Shown: positions 1 through 11,867 of the stretch, piece after piece
Layout: each line of letters opens with the position of its first letter
How positions within the stretch are numbered: the first letter of the stretch is position 1
Assembly (NCBI RefSeq): GCF_000146505.1
Contig: NC_017448.1
Location: forward strand, 2,640,001-2,672,000
Direction of reading: 5' to 3'
Length of the DNA: 32,000 nucleotides
DNA from: Fibrobacter succinogenes subsp. succinogenes S85
GTDB lineage: Bacteria > Fibrobacterota > Fibrobacteria > Fibrobacterales > Fibrobacteraceae
Program-made: the position numbers and the translations under genes
Notes under the pieces: model-generated
Databases searched by the model: none
The model's input: the letters and a program-made list of their open reading frames with translations, nothing else
What the model was told of the DNA's origin: nothing

Positions 1-1245
1 GTAGGTTATATATAAATGCAATAAGTAAGGAATAAACACGTTTTCGCTTATTCTTTCAAGCATATTTAACAATCGTTTTTCCCAATCTTCATAAGATATG
101 GATTGCTCTGATCCAATAGGTTTCAAACGCTCTGTATAAATATCGGCATAGGAACATAGTTCTTCAATCAAAACCTTTATGGAGTCAACACTTGAACATT
201 TTTCCTGAACAAATTTTCTATACAATTCGGGTAAATCAGCTCGTGTTTGCCCGTCTTGGTTGGGATTGAAAATGCCCTTGTTTATTGCATAGGCGCTAAC
301 GATAATCTCAGAATTGGTACTTGTATATACTCCATGTCCACGAGTGTTGTCCCAAAATTTAATGCATTTGTTATCGCGTTCAAAAGTTTTCTTCCAGGTT
401 TCATCATAAAAAGACATTACGTCTTTCTCTGCACGAGAACGGTCTTTCTCTTTCAGATAAAAATCCATCAATTGTGAGAATAAATTATTTTTGATTAAGT
501 CGTACGATGTTAGCTTAACGCCAGCGCTGTTAATAGTATCAAAGATATCTTGTTCATTGCGGTCATCTGCTTCTAAAGTAATTCTTACTAATAAGTTTTG
601 GCATCTATATAATTGTTCAAAGTAATCCCAGCGTGAATCTTCCTCAATAGCGTCTAATTTTTCTTTGAAAAATAAATAACATGCCAAAATGTTTCTATGG
701 TCACGCAGATATTCTTCTTTTTTTTCTTGATTAAGAATTTTGTCTGAACCATCCTTTCTATTTATACTGTTATTCCCTTCCGCATCCTCTTTGACGAATC
801 CAATTACTAAATCGTAATCATTACGATCTATATATGAATGCTTTATTTTTGTTTCGTACGAACTTTTATTTTTGTCTTCATAAAAAAGCATGCCTATTAA
901 TTCTTTTTTCCATTTGAATCTGGTATGACCGTTTTTATCTGGTTTTTCTGGAATGCTGTCAAAAATTGCTCTAAAGACAATGGAAAGAGTGGTTAAACGT
1001 TGTTGCCCATCAATAATTTGAGATTTGTCAATCTCATGCATCTCGTCTGATTTTGGCTTTTCTTTAAAAATGATTGATCCTAAATATGGATTTTGTTTCT
1101 TCTTAACAATCGTTTCAATAGATTCCCAAAGCCGCAGCCAATTATCTTCATCCCAAACATAACGACGTTGAAAAAAAGGAATTTCCAGTTGATGAGGATT
1201 GTTCAAATGGAATGCAGAAGGTAAGTCCACACCTTTAATTCTCAT
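1..1245 (-). CDS. DUF262 (ParB-like nuclease fold) domain protein, GmrSD / type IV restriction-like; C-terminus lies beyond the left window edge
   Basis: Not in the supplied track because the frame stays open to position 1. I checked all 415 codons by hand and found no in-frame tta/cta/tca on the + strand. ATG is at 1245-1243, preceded by AAAAGGAGA (revcomp of 1251-1259), with an upstream in-frame stop at 1258-1260. Translation MRIKGVDLPSAFHLNNPHQLEIPFFQRRYVWDEDNW...SQIIDGQQRLTTLSIVF carries both DUF262 signature motifs (FQRxYxW and DGQQRLT). Confidence 0.85.
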   Translation of the reverse strand, partial: MRIKGVDLPSAFHLNNPHQLEIPFFQRRYVWDEDNWLRLWESIETIVKKKQNPYLGSIIFKEKPKSDEMHEIDKSQIIDGQQRLTTLSIVFRAIFDSIPEKPDKNGHTRFKWKKELIGMLFYEDKNKSSYETKIKHSYIDRNDYDLVIGFVKEDAEGNNSINRKDGSDKILNQEKKEEYLRDHRNILACYLFFKEKLDAIEEDSRWDYFEQLYRCQNLLVRITLEADDRNEQDIFDTINSAGVKLTSYDLIKNNLFSQLMDFYLKEKDRSRAEKDVMSFYDETWKKTFERDNKCIKFWDNTRGHGVYTSTNSEIIVSAYAINKGIFNPNQDGQTRADLPELYRKFVQEKCSSVDSIKVLIEELCSYADIYTERLKPIGSEQSISYEDWEKRLLNMLERISENVFIPYLLHLYITY

Positions 1246-1448
1246 ATACGTCTCCTTTTATAAATTTTAAACAGTTAAGTGAACTATCCGATTATTTGTT
1301 GCAATATATAGTTTTTTTCATATGTGCTTATTCTGAAAGGGCGTTTAAAATTTAGATGTAGAAACTGTTTCTGCAATTCATAACTTTAAACGTAGGGGCT
1401 TGGTTTGTGTTGGTATTCTTTAATTTAATGTTCTAAAAATGCAGTTGT

Positions 1449-1508
1449 CAGTCTCTATTTGTCACATTCTGAATCTATATTATAACCATTCAAATGCGAC
1501 AAAGGAGG
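1449..1508 (+). promoter_or_regulatory. promoter + leader cassette, copy A (TTGTCA-N16-TATAAC followed by AAAGGAGG)
   Basis: TTGTCA at 1459-1464, 16-nt spacer, TATAAC at 1481-1486, RBS at 1501-1508. About 85 percent identical by eye to copy B at 1711-1769. Confidence 0.45.
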
Positions 1509-1513
1509 CTTTT

Positions 1514-1708
1514 ATGGCAAATTATGTTCCGTCGATGTCCAAAGAAGATTTGCTTAAACTAAGAGAAAATCTAAAGCGAAGAATTAAAGAAACGAAAGAT
1601 GAAGCTAAAGGTCTAAGTGGTAAAGATTATGCGATAGCTACAATAAGTTTGCCAAGTGATGAAGCTGAATTAGAAGATGTTGAAGAACGATTGAAGAAAC
1701 TTGTATAA
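1514..1708 (+). CDS. hypothetical small Lys/Glu-rich helical protein (64 aa)
   Basis: ATG 1514 lies 5 nt after AAAGGAGG. The longer track start (1439) would read through the promoter-like repeat. No family recognised. Confidence 0.55.
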   Translation: MANYVPSMSKEDLLKLRENLKRRIKETKDEAKGLSGKDYAIATISLPSDEAELEDVEERLKKLV

Positions 1709-1710
1709 TT

Positions 1711-1769
1711 CCGTCTCTATTTGTCGCATGCTAAATCTATATTATAATCGTTCAAAAGCAATAAAGGAG
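1711..1769 (+). promoter_or_regulatory. promoter + leader cassette, copy B (TTGTCG-N16-TATAAT followed by AAAGGAG)
   Basis: TTGTCG at 1721-1726, TATAAT at 1743-1748, RBS at 1763-1769. Begins 2 nt after the stop of the 64-aa gene. Direct repeat of 1449-1508. Confidence 0.45.
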
Positions 1770-1776
1770 TATCAAC

Positions 1777-2322
1777 ATGTCTAGCGAAAGAGTTTATTTC
1801 TTTTCTGAAGACGTCAATGTCTCGTGTTCCGAATGCGGAAAACAAGCAACGTTCAGTGTGGATTTTGATGAAGTCGCAGGGGACTTGCGCTTGAATTTTG
1901 TAAAGGTTCGCACTTCAATTCCGCCTAGCGAAACTTGCCCGCATTGTGGAAACGAGGTCGAAGTTGATGTCTCATATTGGCGTCGTGAATTCTACTGCAA
2001 AAATAAGAAAGGCAAGGAAATTTGCCGGTATTTCTTCCTTTGGCCGAGCGATAACTCTGCAGGGTGTTCCGTTGATGGGTTGCTTTCTCTATACGAGACG
2101 TTCGCTATAGATCATCCCGAAGACCTTGCGCTAGACAGCTCAAGTGCTCTGGAACTTGTTGACCTTCTCTACAAAACGACCCGTGACGAGGCTTTGCTTC
2201 CTGTCAAGGAATCGTTGAAGAATGGGGGTGATGTGGAATCCTTAATCCCCGAGTTGAAACGAATCATTGATTCTCACGACGACGTGCTGAAAGATGCTTA
2301 TCTTTCGCAGTTCCCGGACTAA
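1777..2322 (+). CDS. hypothetical protein, N-terminal CxxC...CxxC zinc-ribbon, acidic helical C-terminal half
   Basis: ATG lies 7 nt after AAAGGAG. Contains CSECGK...CPHCGN cysteine pairs. No family recognised by eye. Confidence 0.7.
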   Translation: MSSERVYFFSEDVNVSCSECGKQATFSVDFDEVAGDLRLNFVKVRTSIPPSETCPHCGNEVEVDVSYWRREFYCKNKKGKEICRYFFLWPSDNSAGCSVDGLLSLYETFAIDHPEDLALDSSSALELVDLLYKTTRDEALLPVKESLKNGGDVESLIPELKRIIDSHDDVLKDAYLSQFPD

Positions 2323-2346
2323 CTTTTGCGCTAACAGGAGCCCCCT

Positions 2347-2796
2347 ATGTTTTCGGTCTACAATTTTATCAGGATGGATGATGAACAGATTGAAAAGTTC
2401 ATCAAGCTCTATGGCGAAGGCGATGGAAATTTTTCGCTTGCGAGGGTTCTCCCCGAATACGCCGAAAATGATGCTCGCGAGAATGAGAACGGCGAGGGCC
2501 TCGAATTGCGTACTATATTAAGTGGAAAGGTCTCTTTTGATACGGAAGATTTGCCGCCGATCCCTATTTACGAAAAAATGGCGAAAGATGGGCTCGTTTT
2601 CAAAATTGACTGGCAGTCCGAAGACATGATAGAGTGGGGGATTGGCCACGGTGAAGTCCGCGATGGCGCTTTTCACCATTGCATTGATTTCGAAGAAACC
2701 GCAGATTACGTAAGAGAATGGACTGGCGAAGAATGGGACCCGAGCAAGAGTGCTTTTGCGGAAGAATATTCCAAATTGCATTATAAAAAGCCGTAA
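2347..2796 (+). CDS. hypothetical strongly acidic protein (149 aa)
   Basis: AGGAG lies 7 nt upstream of the ATG, and the gene sits 24 nt after the preceding stop (operon-like). By my count it has 34 Asp/Glu versus 16 Lys/Arg. No family recognised. Confidence 0.7.
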   Translation: MFSVYNFIRMDDEQIEKFIKLYGEGDGNFSLARVLPEYAENDARENENGEGLELRTILSGKVSFDTEDLPPIPIYEKMAKDGLVFKIDWQSEDMIEWGIGHGEVRDGAFHHCIDFEETADYVREWTGEEWDPSKSAFAEEYSKLHYKKP

Positions 2797-2847
2797 AAAC
2801 GGCCCTCCCTTTGACAATATATCCACGAAATTAGCAAAATCACTTGT

Positions 2848-2880
2848 AAAATACCCTCTTTTTGGGGGTATTTTTGATTT
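2848..2880 (+). terminator. stem-loop with T tract (terminator of the small-gene operon and/or leader hairpin of the GH2 gene)
   Basis: AAAATACCC (2848-2856) pairs with GGGTATTTT (2867-2875), followed by TGATTTT. It lies downstream of a TTGACA (2811-2816)-N18-CAAAAT promoter-like pair, so it could instead be a 5' leader structure. Confidence 0.45.
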
Positions 2881-2883
2881 TAG

Positions 2884-6402
<3,519 letters not shown>

Positions 6403-6423
6403 GAAATAATCGATTGAAGAACT

Positions 6424-6467
6424 GTCATCGCGAGGCTTCCAACAGCGCCCCGCGATGACTTTTTTTA
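6424..6467 (+). terminator. rho-independent terminator after the GH2 gene
   Basis: GTCATCGCGAGG ... CCCCGCGATGAC stem with one mismatch, followed by TTTTTTT (6460-6466). Confidence 0.7.
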
Positions 6468-6628
6468 TTGAAGCCCATTGATAAAAAATCAATGAGAAGA
6501 ATTTTAAACCTATATGAAAACCCCTCTCCGAGGGGTATTTTATATAAGGGAAAATTGTCATCCTGGAGAGTTCGTAGAACTCAATAGGATCTATGAAAAC
6601 GGTGTGTTTTGGTTATGAGGAGAACACT

Positions 6629-9628
6629 ATGTTTAGAACAAAGAAATCTTTAGCAAGTCGTATCCTTGGTACTGCAGCGCTTGTTTGCGCTGTCGGCTTT
6701 ACGAGCTCTTTTGCAACAACGGACAATCCGCTTACGCTTTGGTACAATAGTGATGCCGGTACCGAATTCACGAACGCGCTCCCGATTGGTAACGGCTACA
6801 TGGGTGGCCTTATTTACGGTGGTGTTGAAAAGGATTACATCGGCCTCAATGAAAGTACGGTTTGGTCGGGCGGCCCTGGCGATAACAACAAGCAGGGGGC
6901 GGCAAGCCATTTGAAAGATGCCCGTGATGCCTTGTGGCGTGGCGACTATCGCACGGCAGAATCCATCGTGAGCCAGTACATGATTGGACCGGGGCCTGCA
7001 AGTTTCCAGCCGGTGGGCGATCTTGTGATTTCTACTTCGCACAAGGGTTCTTCCAATTACCGCCGTGAACTTGACCTCAAGACTGCAATCGCAAAGACTA
7101 CCTACACGGTGGGCGGCGTCAAGCATACCCGTGAATATTTCGCAAGCTATCCCGATCACGTGATTGTCGTGCATCTCTCTGCCGATAAGGATGGCTCCGT
7201 AAGCTTTGGTGCAACGATGACGACTCCGCATCGCAATAACCGCATGACCTCCAGTGGCAACACACTCATTTACGATGTTACCGTCAATTCCATCAAGTTT
7301 CAAAATCGCTTGACCGTAGTTGCGGACGGCGGCACGGTTTCTGTATCTAACGGAAATATCAACGTGCAGGGCGCAAATAGCGCAACGCTTATCCTCACGA
7401 CCGCTACAAACTTCAAGTCTTATAACGATGTGAGTGGCGATCCGGGTGCTATCGCATCCGAAATCATGTCAAAAGTTGCAAAGAAGTCCTATGAAGATTT
7501 GCTTGCAGCACATCTCAAGGATTACCAGACGATTTTCAACCGCGTTAAGCTCGACCTTGGCACGGCTGACAAGAGCGCAGGTGATATCACCTCTACCCGC
7601 GTCAAGAATTTCAATTCCACGAACGACCCGTCTCTCGTAGAACTTCATTACCAGTATGGCCGTTATTTGCTCATCGCAAGCTCCCGTAAGGGTGGCCAGC
7701 CGGCCAACTTGCAGGGCATCTGGAACAAGGACACGAACCCGATTTGGGGCAGTAAGTACACCACCAACATCAACCTCGAAATGAACTACTGGCCGGCAGA
7801 ATCCGGCAACCTCGAAGAATGCGTTTGGCCGCTCATTGACAAAATCAAGTCCATGGTGCCGCAGGGCGAAAAGACCGCCAAGGTGCACTGGGGCGTGGAT
7901 GAAGGCTGGGTAGAACACCACAATACCGACCTTTGGAACCGTTCTGCTCCGATTGACGGTGCGTGGGGACTTTGGCCGACAGGTGCTGGCTGGCTCACGA
8001 CCCACCTTTGGGAACACTTCCTCTACAATCCGACGGACAAGGCGTACCTGCAGGACGTTTATTCAACAATGAAGGGTGCTGCACTCTTCTTCGTAAACAG
8101 CCTCGTCGAAGAACCGACTACGGGCAACAAGTATTTAGTCACCGCTCCGAGCGATTCCCCGGAAAATGACCATGGTGGCTATAACGTTTGCTTTGGTCCG
8201 ACGATGGACAACCAGATTATCCGCGACGTTTTGAACTACACGATTGAAGCTTCCAAGATTCTCGGCGTTGACGAAGATGTCCGTGCCAAGATGGAAGCAA
8301 CCGTCAAGCGCCTCCCACCGACAAAAACGGGTAAGTACGGACAAATTACGGAATGGCTCCAAGATTGGGATGATCCGAACAACAAGAACCGTCACATTTC
8401 TCACTTGTACGGCCTTTTCCCGAGCGCTCAGATTACCCCTGAAGAAACTCCGGACTTGATCAAAGGCGCAGGCGTTACGCTCCAACAGCGCGGCGATGAT
8501 GCTACCGGTTGGTCTCTCGCTTGGAAGATTAACTTCTGGGCGCGCATGCACGATGGTGACCACGCTTACAGAATGATTCGCATGCTTCTCACGCCGAGCA
8601 AGACTTACAATAACTTGTTCGATGCGCATCCGCCGTTCCAGATTGACGGTAACTTCGGTGCAGTCTCTGGCGTGAACGAAATGCTCATGCAGAGCCACAA
8701 CAACAGAATTAACCTGCTCCCGGCTCTCCCGTCGCAGTGGGCAAACGGCTCCGTGAAGGGCATCCGCGCTCGCGGTGGTTTCGAAATCGATTCCATGGCA
8801 TGGAAGGGCGGCAAGCTGACCTATGTTGCAATAAAATCTCTCGTCGGTAGCACGCTTAATGTTGTGTCTGGTACAAATAAATTCTCGACTTCGACCGTTC
8901 CTGGTAAGGTCTATGAATTCGATGGCAATCTCAAGGTGACGAACGCTCCGTTCGAACCGCTTGAAATTACGGACAAGATTCAGGCTGAAAACTATGTGGC
9001 TATGGACGGCGTGCAAATTGAAGAAGATTCTCTTGGCACTCCGAACATTGGCTGGATTAACGATGGCGATTGGACTCAGTACTATGTGAACATTCCGGCT
9101 GCAGGTAGCTACGTCTTGACGGGTCGCGTTGCCACAGGCTCCGAAAAAGAAAGTGTCATCACGGTCACGGATTCTACGGGCAAGATTCTCGGAACGCTCT
9201 CTGTGGACCCCGCAAAGTCTAAGGGATGGAACGACTGGTATGAATCTTCTACGAAGATTACGCTCCCGGCGGGCAAGCAAAAGCTCACGTTCACGTACAC
9301 TGGCGAAGATACGTACCTCTGCAATGTGGACTGGTATAATTTGAAGGCTGATCCGACGGCACTCCCGCAGGCCAAAATGCATAATGCTTCGCTTTCCGTA
9401 AGCCGCGTGCCGTACTCTCACGCATCCATTGCGCTGATGGTGAATGCCCCTGCAAATGATTACGTTGTCCATCTCGTCGGTGTGAACGGCAAGTTCATTG
9501 GCTCGCAGCGCGGCCACGGTGAAGGTCTCGCCGAATTTGGCGTTGGCGCTCCTCTTGCGCCGGGCATGTACTTTGCCATCGTCAAGAGCGCCTCCCAGCA
9601 AAAGACCATGAAACTCACTGTCCATTAA
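6629..9628 (+). CDS. secreted GH95 glycoside hydrolase (alpha-L-fucosidase / alpha-L-galactosidase family) + CBM6-like module + T9SS-type C-terminal domain
   Basis: The N-terminus LWYNSDAGTEFTNALPIGNGYMGGLIYGGVEKDYIGLNESTVWSGGP is the typical GH95 N-terminal signature. CBM6-like IQAENYVAMDG...GDWTQYYVNIPAAGSYVL. Tail VVHLVGVNGKFIG...LAPGMYFAIVKSASQQKTMKLTVH. I prefer ATG 6629 (GAGGAG RBS, signal peptide MFRTKKSLASRILGTAALVCAVGFTSSFA) over the track start 6593. Confidence 0.9.
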   Translation: MFRTKKSLASRILGTAALVCAVGFTSSFATTDNPLTLWYNSDAGTEFTNALPIGNGYMGGLIYGGVEKDYIGLNESTVWSGGPGDNNKQGAASHLKDARDALWRGDYRTAESIVSQYMIGPGPASFQPVGDLVISTSHKGSSNYRRELDLKTAIAKTTYTVGGVKHTREYFASYPDHVIVVHLSADKDGSVSFGATMTTPHRNNRMTSSGNTLIYDVTVNSIKFQNRLTVVADGGTVSVSNGNINVQGANSATLILTTATNFKSYNDVSGDPGAIASEIMSKVAKKSYEDLLAAHLKDYQTIFNRVKLDLGTADKSAGDITSTRVKNFNSTNDPSLVELHYQYGRYLLIASSRKGGQPANLQGIWNKDTNPIWGSKYTTNINLEMNYWPAESGNLEECVWPLIDKIKSMVPQGEKTAKVHWGVDEGWVEHHNTDLWNRSAPIDGAWGLWPTGAGWLTTHLWEHFLYNPTDKAYLQDVYSTMKGAALFFVNSLVEEPTTGNKYLVTAPSDSPENDHGGYNVCFGPTMDNQIIRDVLNYTIEASKILGVDEDVRAKMEATVKRLPPTKTGKYGQITEWLQDWDDPNNKNRHISHLYGLFPSAQITPEETPDLIKGAGVTLQQRGDDATGWSLAWKINFWARMHDGDHAYRMIRMLLTPSKTYNNLFDAHPPFQIDGNFGAVSGVNEMLMQSHNNRINLLPALPSQWANGSVKGIRARGGFEIDSMAWKGGKLTYVAIKSLVGSTLNVVSGTNKFSTSTVPGKVYEFDGNLKVTNAPFEPLEITDKIQAENYVAMDGVQIEEDSLGTPNIGWINDGDWTQYYVNIPAAGSYVLTGRVATGSEKESVITVTDSTGKILGTLSVDPAKSKGWNDWYESSTKITLPAGKQKLTFTYTGEDTYLCNVDWYNLKADPTALPQAKMHNASLSVSRVPYSHASIALMVNAPANDYVVHLVGVNGKFIGSQRGHGEGLAEFGVGAPLAPGMYFAIVKSASQQKTMKLTVH

Positions 9629-9631
9629 GCT

Positions 9632-9670
9632 TGTCACCCCGGATTTATTCCGGGGTGGCCTTACACACTT
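9632..9670. repeat. REP-like hairpin element, family TGTCACCCCGG-loop-CCGGGGTG-ACACACTT
   Basis: Perfect 8-bp stem CACCCCGG (9635-9642) / CCGGGGTG (9650-9657). A second copy lies at 18213-18252. Confidence 0.5.
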
Positions 9671-9686
9671 TCCTCCTCACTCACAA

Positions 9687-9719
9687 AGCCTGGGGCTCTC
9701 GTAGCCCTGGGCTTTTTTC
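9687..9719 (+). terminator. rho-independent terminator after the GH95 gene
   Basis: AGCCTGGGGC (9687-9696) pairs with GCCCTGGGCT (9704-9713), including two G-U pairs, followed by TTTTTT. Confidence 0.7.
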
Positions 9720-9827
9720 TATTGATAAATTGACAAAACAACTTGCATTCACGCATGTGACATTCCACATCCAATAGCATACATTTATGGGTGGGGATAG
9801 TAGGTTAATAAAAAAAGGGAGGATCTC

Positions 9828-11486
9828 ATGAAAAAGAGAGTTCTTGGTTTAGCTTTTCTTCTTTGCGCAAACTCATTCGCCGTTACAAGCCAATTCCGCG
9901 GCGTCAACTGGGCGGATAAGCGCGACAACTTCGTCTCGGACGTTCTCGTGCTTTCGGGCTTAAGCCTTTCCGACAATCATGAATCGGCTTATGCCATAGC
10001 TGACCGTATTGTCGGGCAGTTCCAGGAAGTGCTTGGTACAAACAGCGTGCGCATGCCGGTGAACGAACCGACCATTCTTAAAGCTTTTGACATGTATTCG
10101 GGTGCTTTGGATGCTGCTCTTGAACATGGTCGAGTGGCTATGGGCTACTGGGGCCCTGCGCAGCCTGCGGGCCCCAAAAACATGGACGATTGGTGGAAAA
10201 TGTGGGCGAAACTCGTCGAAACATACGGCGACCATCCGAACGCCTACTTTGAAATTTTCAACGAACCGCACATGTATAACAAGACGGACCTTCGCAATCT
10301 CTATGCGGACTGGCTCAAGAAATTCCCGAACGTTCCGCGCGACCACATTTTGCTCGATGGCTCCGGCCTCGCTTGGAACGTTCCGGACATCGCTGACGAC
10401 CCGCGCTTTGAAGGCTGCCTCTTTGCCGTTCACGAATACACGTTCTGGAACATGAGCATCACTACCGAACAGGGTTGGAAAAACAGCTTCAAGGGCAAGG
10501 TTGGCAAGTACATTGACCGCACCGTTTGCACGGAATGGGGCGGCGCCATGAGTCCTGGCGACAAGGCGGGCGTGCATTACGATTATCAGGATTACAACAA
10601 GGCTCCCACCAACTACTTCACGGCTTACATCCGCGGCATGTCCGATCAGCTCCGCGAATGGGAAATGGGCAGTTTCTACTGGCCGGGCCTCCGTGATGGT
10701 GACTGGTACAGCATGACCAAGCGCAGCGGGGAAGGCGTAAACACCAAGCTCCAGATTGTGAACCAGTCTGGCGTGGACCGCATGCAAATGGCTTGGGCCG
10801 ATACCGTTGAAACAACGCCTCCTCAACAGGATCCGTTTGGCGGTTTTGATGCGGATGGAAAGCCGGTTGCTGGCAAGGCGATTACTATTCCGGGCACGCT
10901 CGAAGCCGAAAACTATGACCTCGGTGGCAGCCGCGTCTCGTTCTACGACAAGTCTTCCACAAACGAAGGCGGTGCTTACCGCAAGGATGCTGTGGACATC
11001 GTTGTCCTTGATTCCGCAGACCTCTCGAAGGGCTATGCTTTAGGCTACACGCAGGATGGCGAATGGCTTGAATATACCGTCAATGTGGCAAAAACGGCGA
11101 AATTCACTGTTGAAGTGCAAATGGCGACGGCTTCTGAAAAGGCGGGCGTGCAGCTCTTTATCGACAACAAGGCTGTTTCTGACGGCATCATCGCAAAACA
11201 GGGCGAGGATTGGTCGACTTATACCGCCGTGCAATCCCAATTGGGCGAAATTGCTGCTGGTGAACACGTCCTCAAGATGCAGATTGTGGGCAATTACGTG
11301 AATATCGACAATATTCGCTTCTGCGAAGGTGAAAAATGCGAAGAAACCGTCGGAATCCGCGCAAATCGCGCTTCCTCCGTGCGCACTCTCGAAAACTCCT
11401 CCCCGCGCCTCCGCGTCCAAAACAACAAGCTCTTTGTCGAGAAAAATGGCCTGCGCTTCGACCTCACCGGCCACCGCATCAAATAA
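9828..11486 (+). CDS. secreted GH5 (clan GH-A) glycoside hydrolase + CBM6-like module, short C-terminal tail; substrate unknown
   Basis: Signal peptide MKKRVLGLAFLLCANSFA. GH5 landmarks FEIFNEPH (acid/base), AVHEYTF (HxY) and CTEWGG (nucleophile). CBM6-like LEAENYDLGG...GEWLEYTVNVAKTAKF...NIDNIRF. RBS AAGGGAGGA. The GH5-CBM6 layout recalls arabinoxylan-specific GH5 enzymes, but the subfamily cannot be assigned by eye. Confidence 0.85.
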   Translation: MKKRVLGLAFLLCANSFAVTSQFRGVNWADKRDNFVSDVLVLSGLSLSDNHESAYAIADRIVGQFQEVLGTNSVRMPVNEPTILKAFDMYSGALDAALEHGRVAMGYWGPAQPAGPKNMDDWWKMWAKLVETYGDHPNAYFEIFNEPHMYNKTDLRNLYADWLKKFPNVPRDHILLDGSGLAWNVPDIADDPRFEGCLFAVHEYTFWNMSITTEQGWKNSFKGKVGKYIDRTVCTEWGGAMSPGDKAGVHYDYQDYNKAPTNYFTAYIRGMSDQLREWEMGSFYWPGLRDGDWYSMTKRSGEGVNTKLQIVNQSGVDRMQMAWADTVETTPPQQDPFGGFDADGKPVAGKAITIPGTLEAENYDLGGSRVSFYDKSSTNEGGAYRKDAVDIVVLDSADLSKGYALGYTQDGEWLEYTVNVAKTAKFTVEVQMATASEKAGVQLFIDNKAVSDGIIAKQGEDWSTYTAVQSQLGEIAAGEHVLKMQIVGNYVNIDNIRFCEGEKCEETVGIRANRASSVRTLENSSPRLRVQNNKLFVEKNGLRFDLTGHRIK

Positions 11487-11556
11487 AACAATCCAAAATG
11501 CAATACTTATGAAAAGCATTGTATAAAGCTGTAGTGAGATATTTGGTAAATGTGAA

Positions 11557-11721
11557 AAATGATTAAGTCATTGTGAGAATAAAGCGTCGGCCACAACCTT
11601 AAAAGGCGAGTGCCGCGACCATACTTGTATGGTCATGGTTGAGCCGTAAGGTTGGCGCTTGCGCCAGGATGGGTTTAAATCAACTCCGAGCTGGGGCCCC
11701 GCCCGCATGACGTACTTTTTG
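11557..11721. repeat. composite intergenic repeat, copy 1 (conserved ends, variable core, 73-bp nested hairpin insert at 11594-11666)
   Basis: The left end AAATGATT..TTGTGAGAATAAAGCGTCGGCCA and right end CAACTCCGAGCTGGGGCCCCGCCCGCATGACGTACTTTTTG are both shared with 13874-13996. The track ORF 11568-11759 (-) is an artefact of this repeat. Confidence 0.6.
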
Positions 11722-11748
11722 CATTCAAAAAAAACGGTTTTCAACCGA

Positions 11749-11831
11749 AAATATTCCATTATGGACTTTTTATCAACAATATGTAATTGCTTTTTCTGAA
11801 CATATTCTCAAAAAGAGGATATGTTTAGAAT
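11749..11831 (+). promoter_or_regulatory. conserved upstream block of GH10 paralog 1 (palindrome TCCATTATGGA, degenerate distal box, proximal TAGAAT)
   Basis: Aligns with 14046-14128 and partly with 16222-16291. TAGAAT at 11826-11831 lies 37 nt before the ATG. Confidence 0.35.
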
Positions 11832-11867
11832 GGTTATGGGTATTAACCGTGTACGAGGATTAGGTAT

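Noticed and set aside
247-477. 76-aa plus-strand ORF, the only track ORF in the first 1.4 kb
   Set aside because: It sits antisense inside the open 415-codon DUF262 frame, which has an RBS and family motifs.
2294-2826. Overlapping ORFs 2294-2521 (+) and 2518-2826 (-)
   Set aside because: Both overlap the better-supported 149-aa gene, which has an AGGAG RBS and operon spacing. Their products are low-complexity.
6593-6628. Alternative upstream start codons offered by the track (6593 for GH95, 14151 and 16321 for GH10-2/3, 24970 GTG for kinase 2, 29498 for RR2, 29667 TTG for kinase 3, 1439 for the 64-aa gene)
   Set aside because: In each case a downstream ATG has a better-placed purine-rich RBS. 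That ATG also yields a canonical signal peptide or aligns with the start of the paralog.
8135-9637. 500-aa ORF antisense to the GH95 gene (also 6650-7303 and 7469-8017)
   Set aside because: Same reasoning. The sense strand has clear GH95/CBM6/CTD signatures, and the antisense product has none.
11484-11540. Searched downstream of the GH5 stop for the missing second half of the C-terminal tail (frameshift or read-through)
   Set aside because: Reading through the stop gives NNPKCNTYEKHCIKL and then another stop. The other frames also show nothing resembling the GxYxx(K/R)...K..R(I/V) strand, so there is no evidence for a simple frameshifted remnant.
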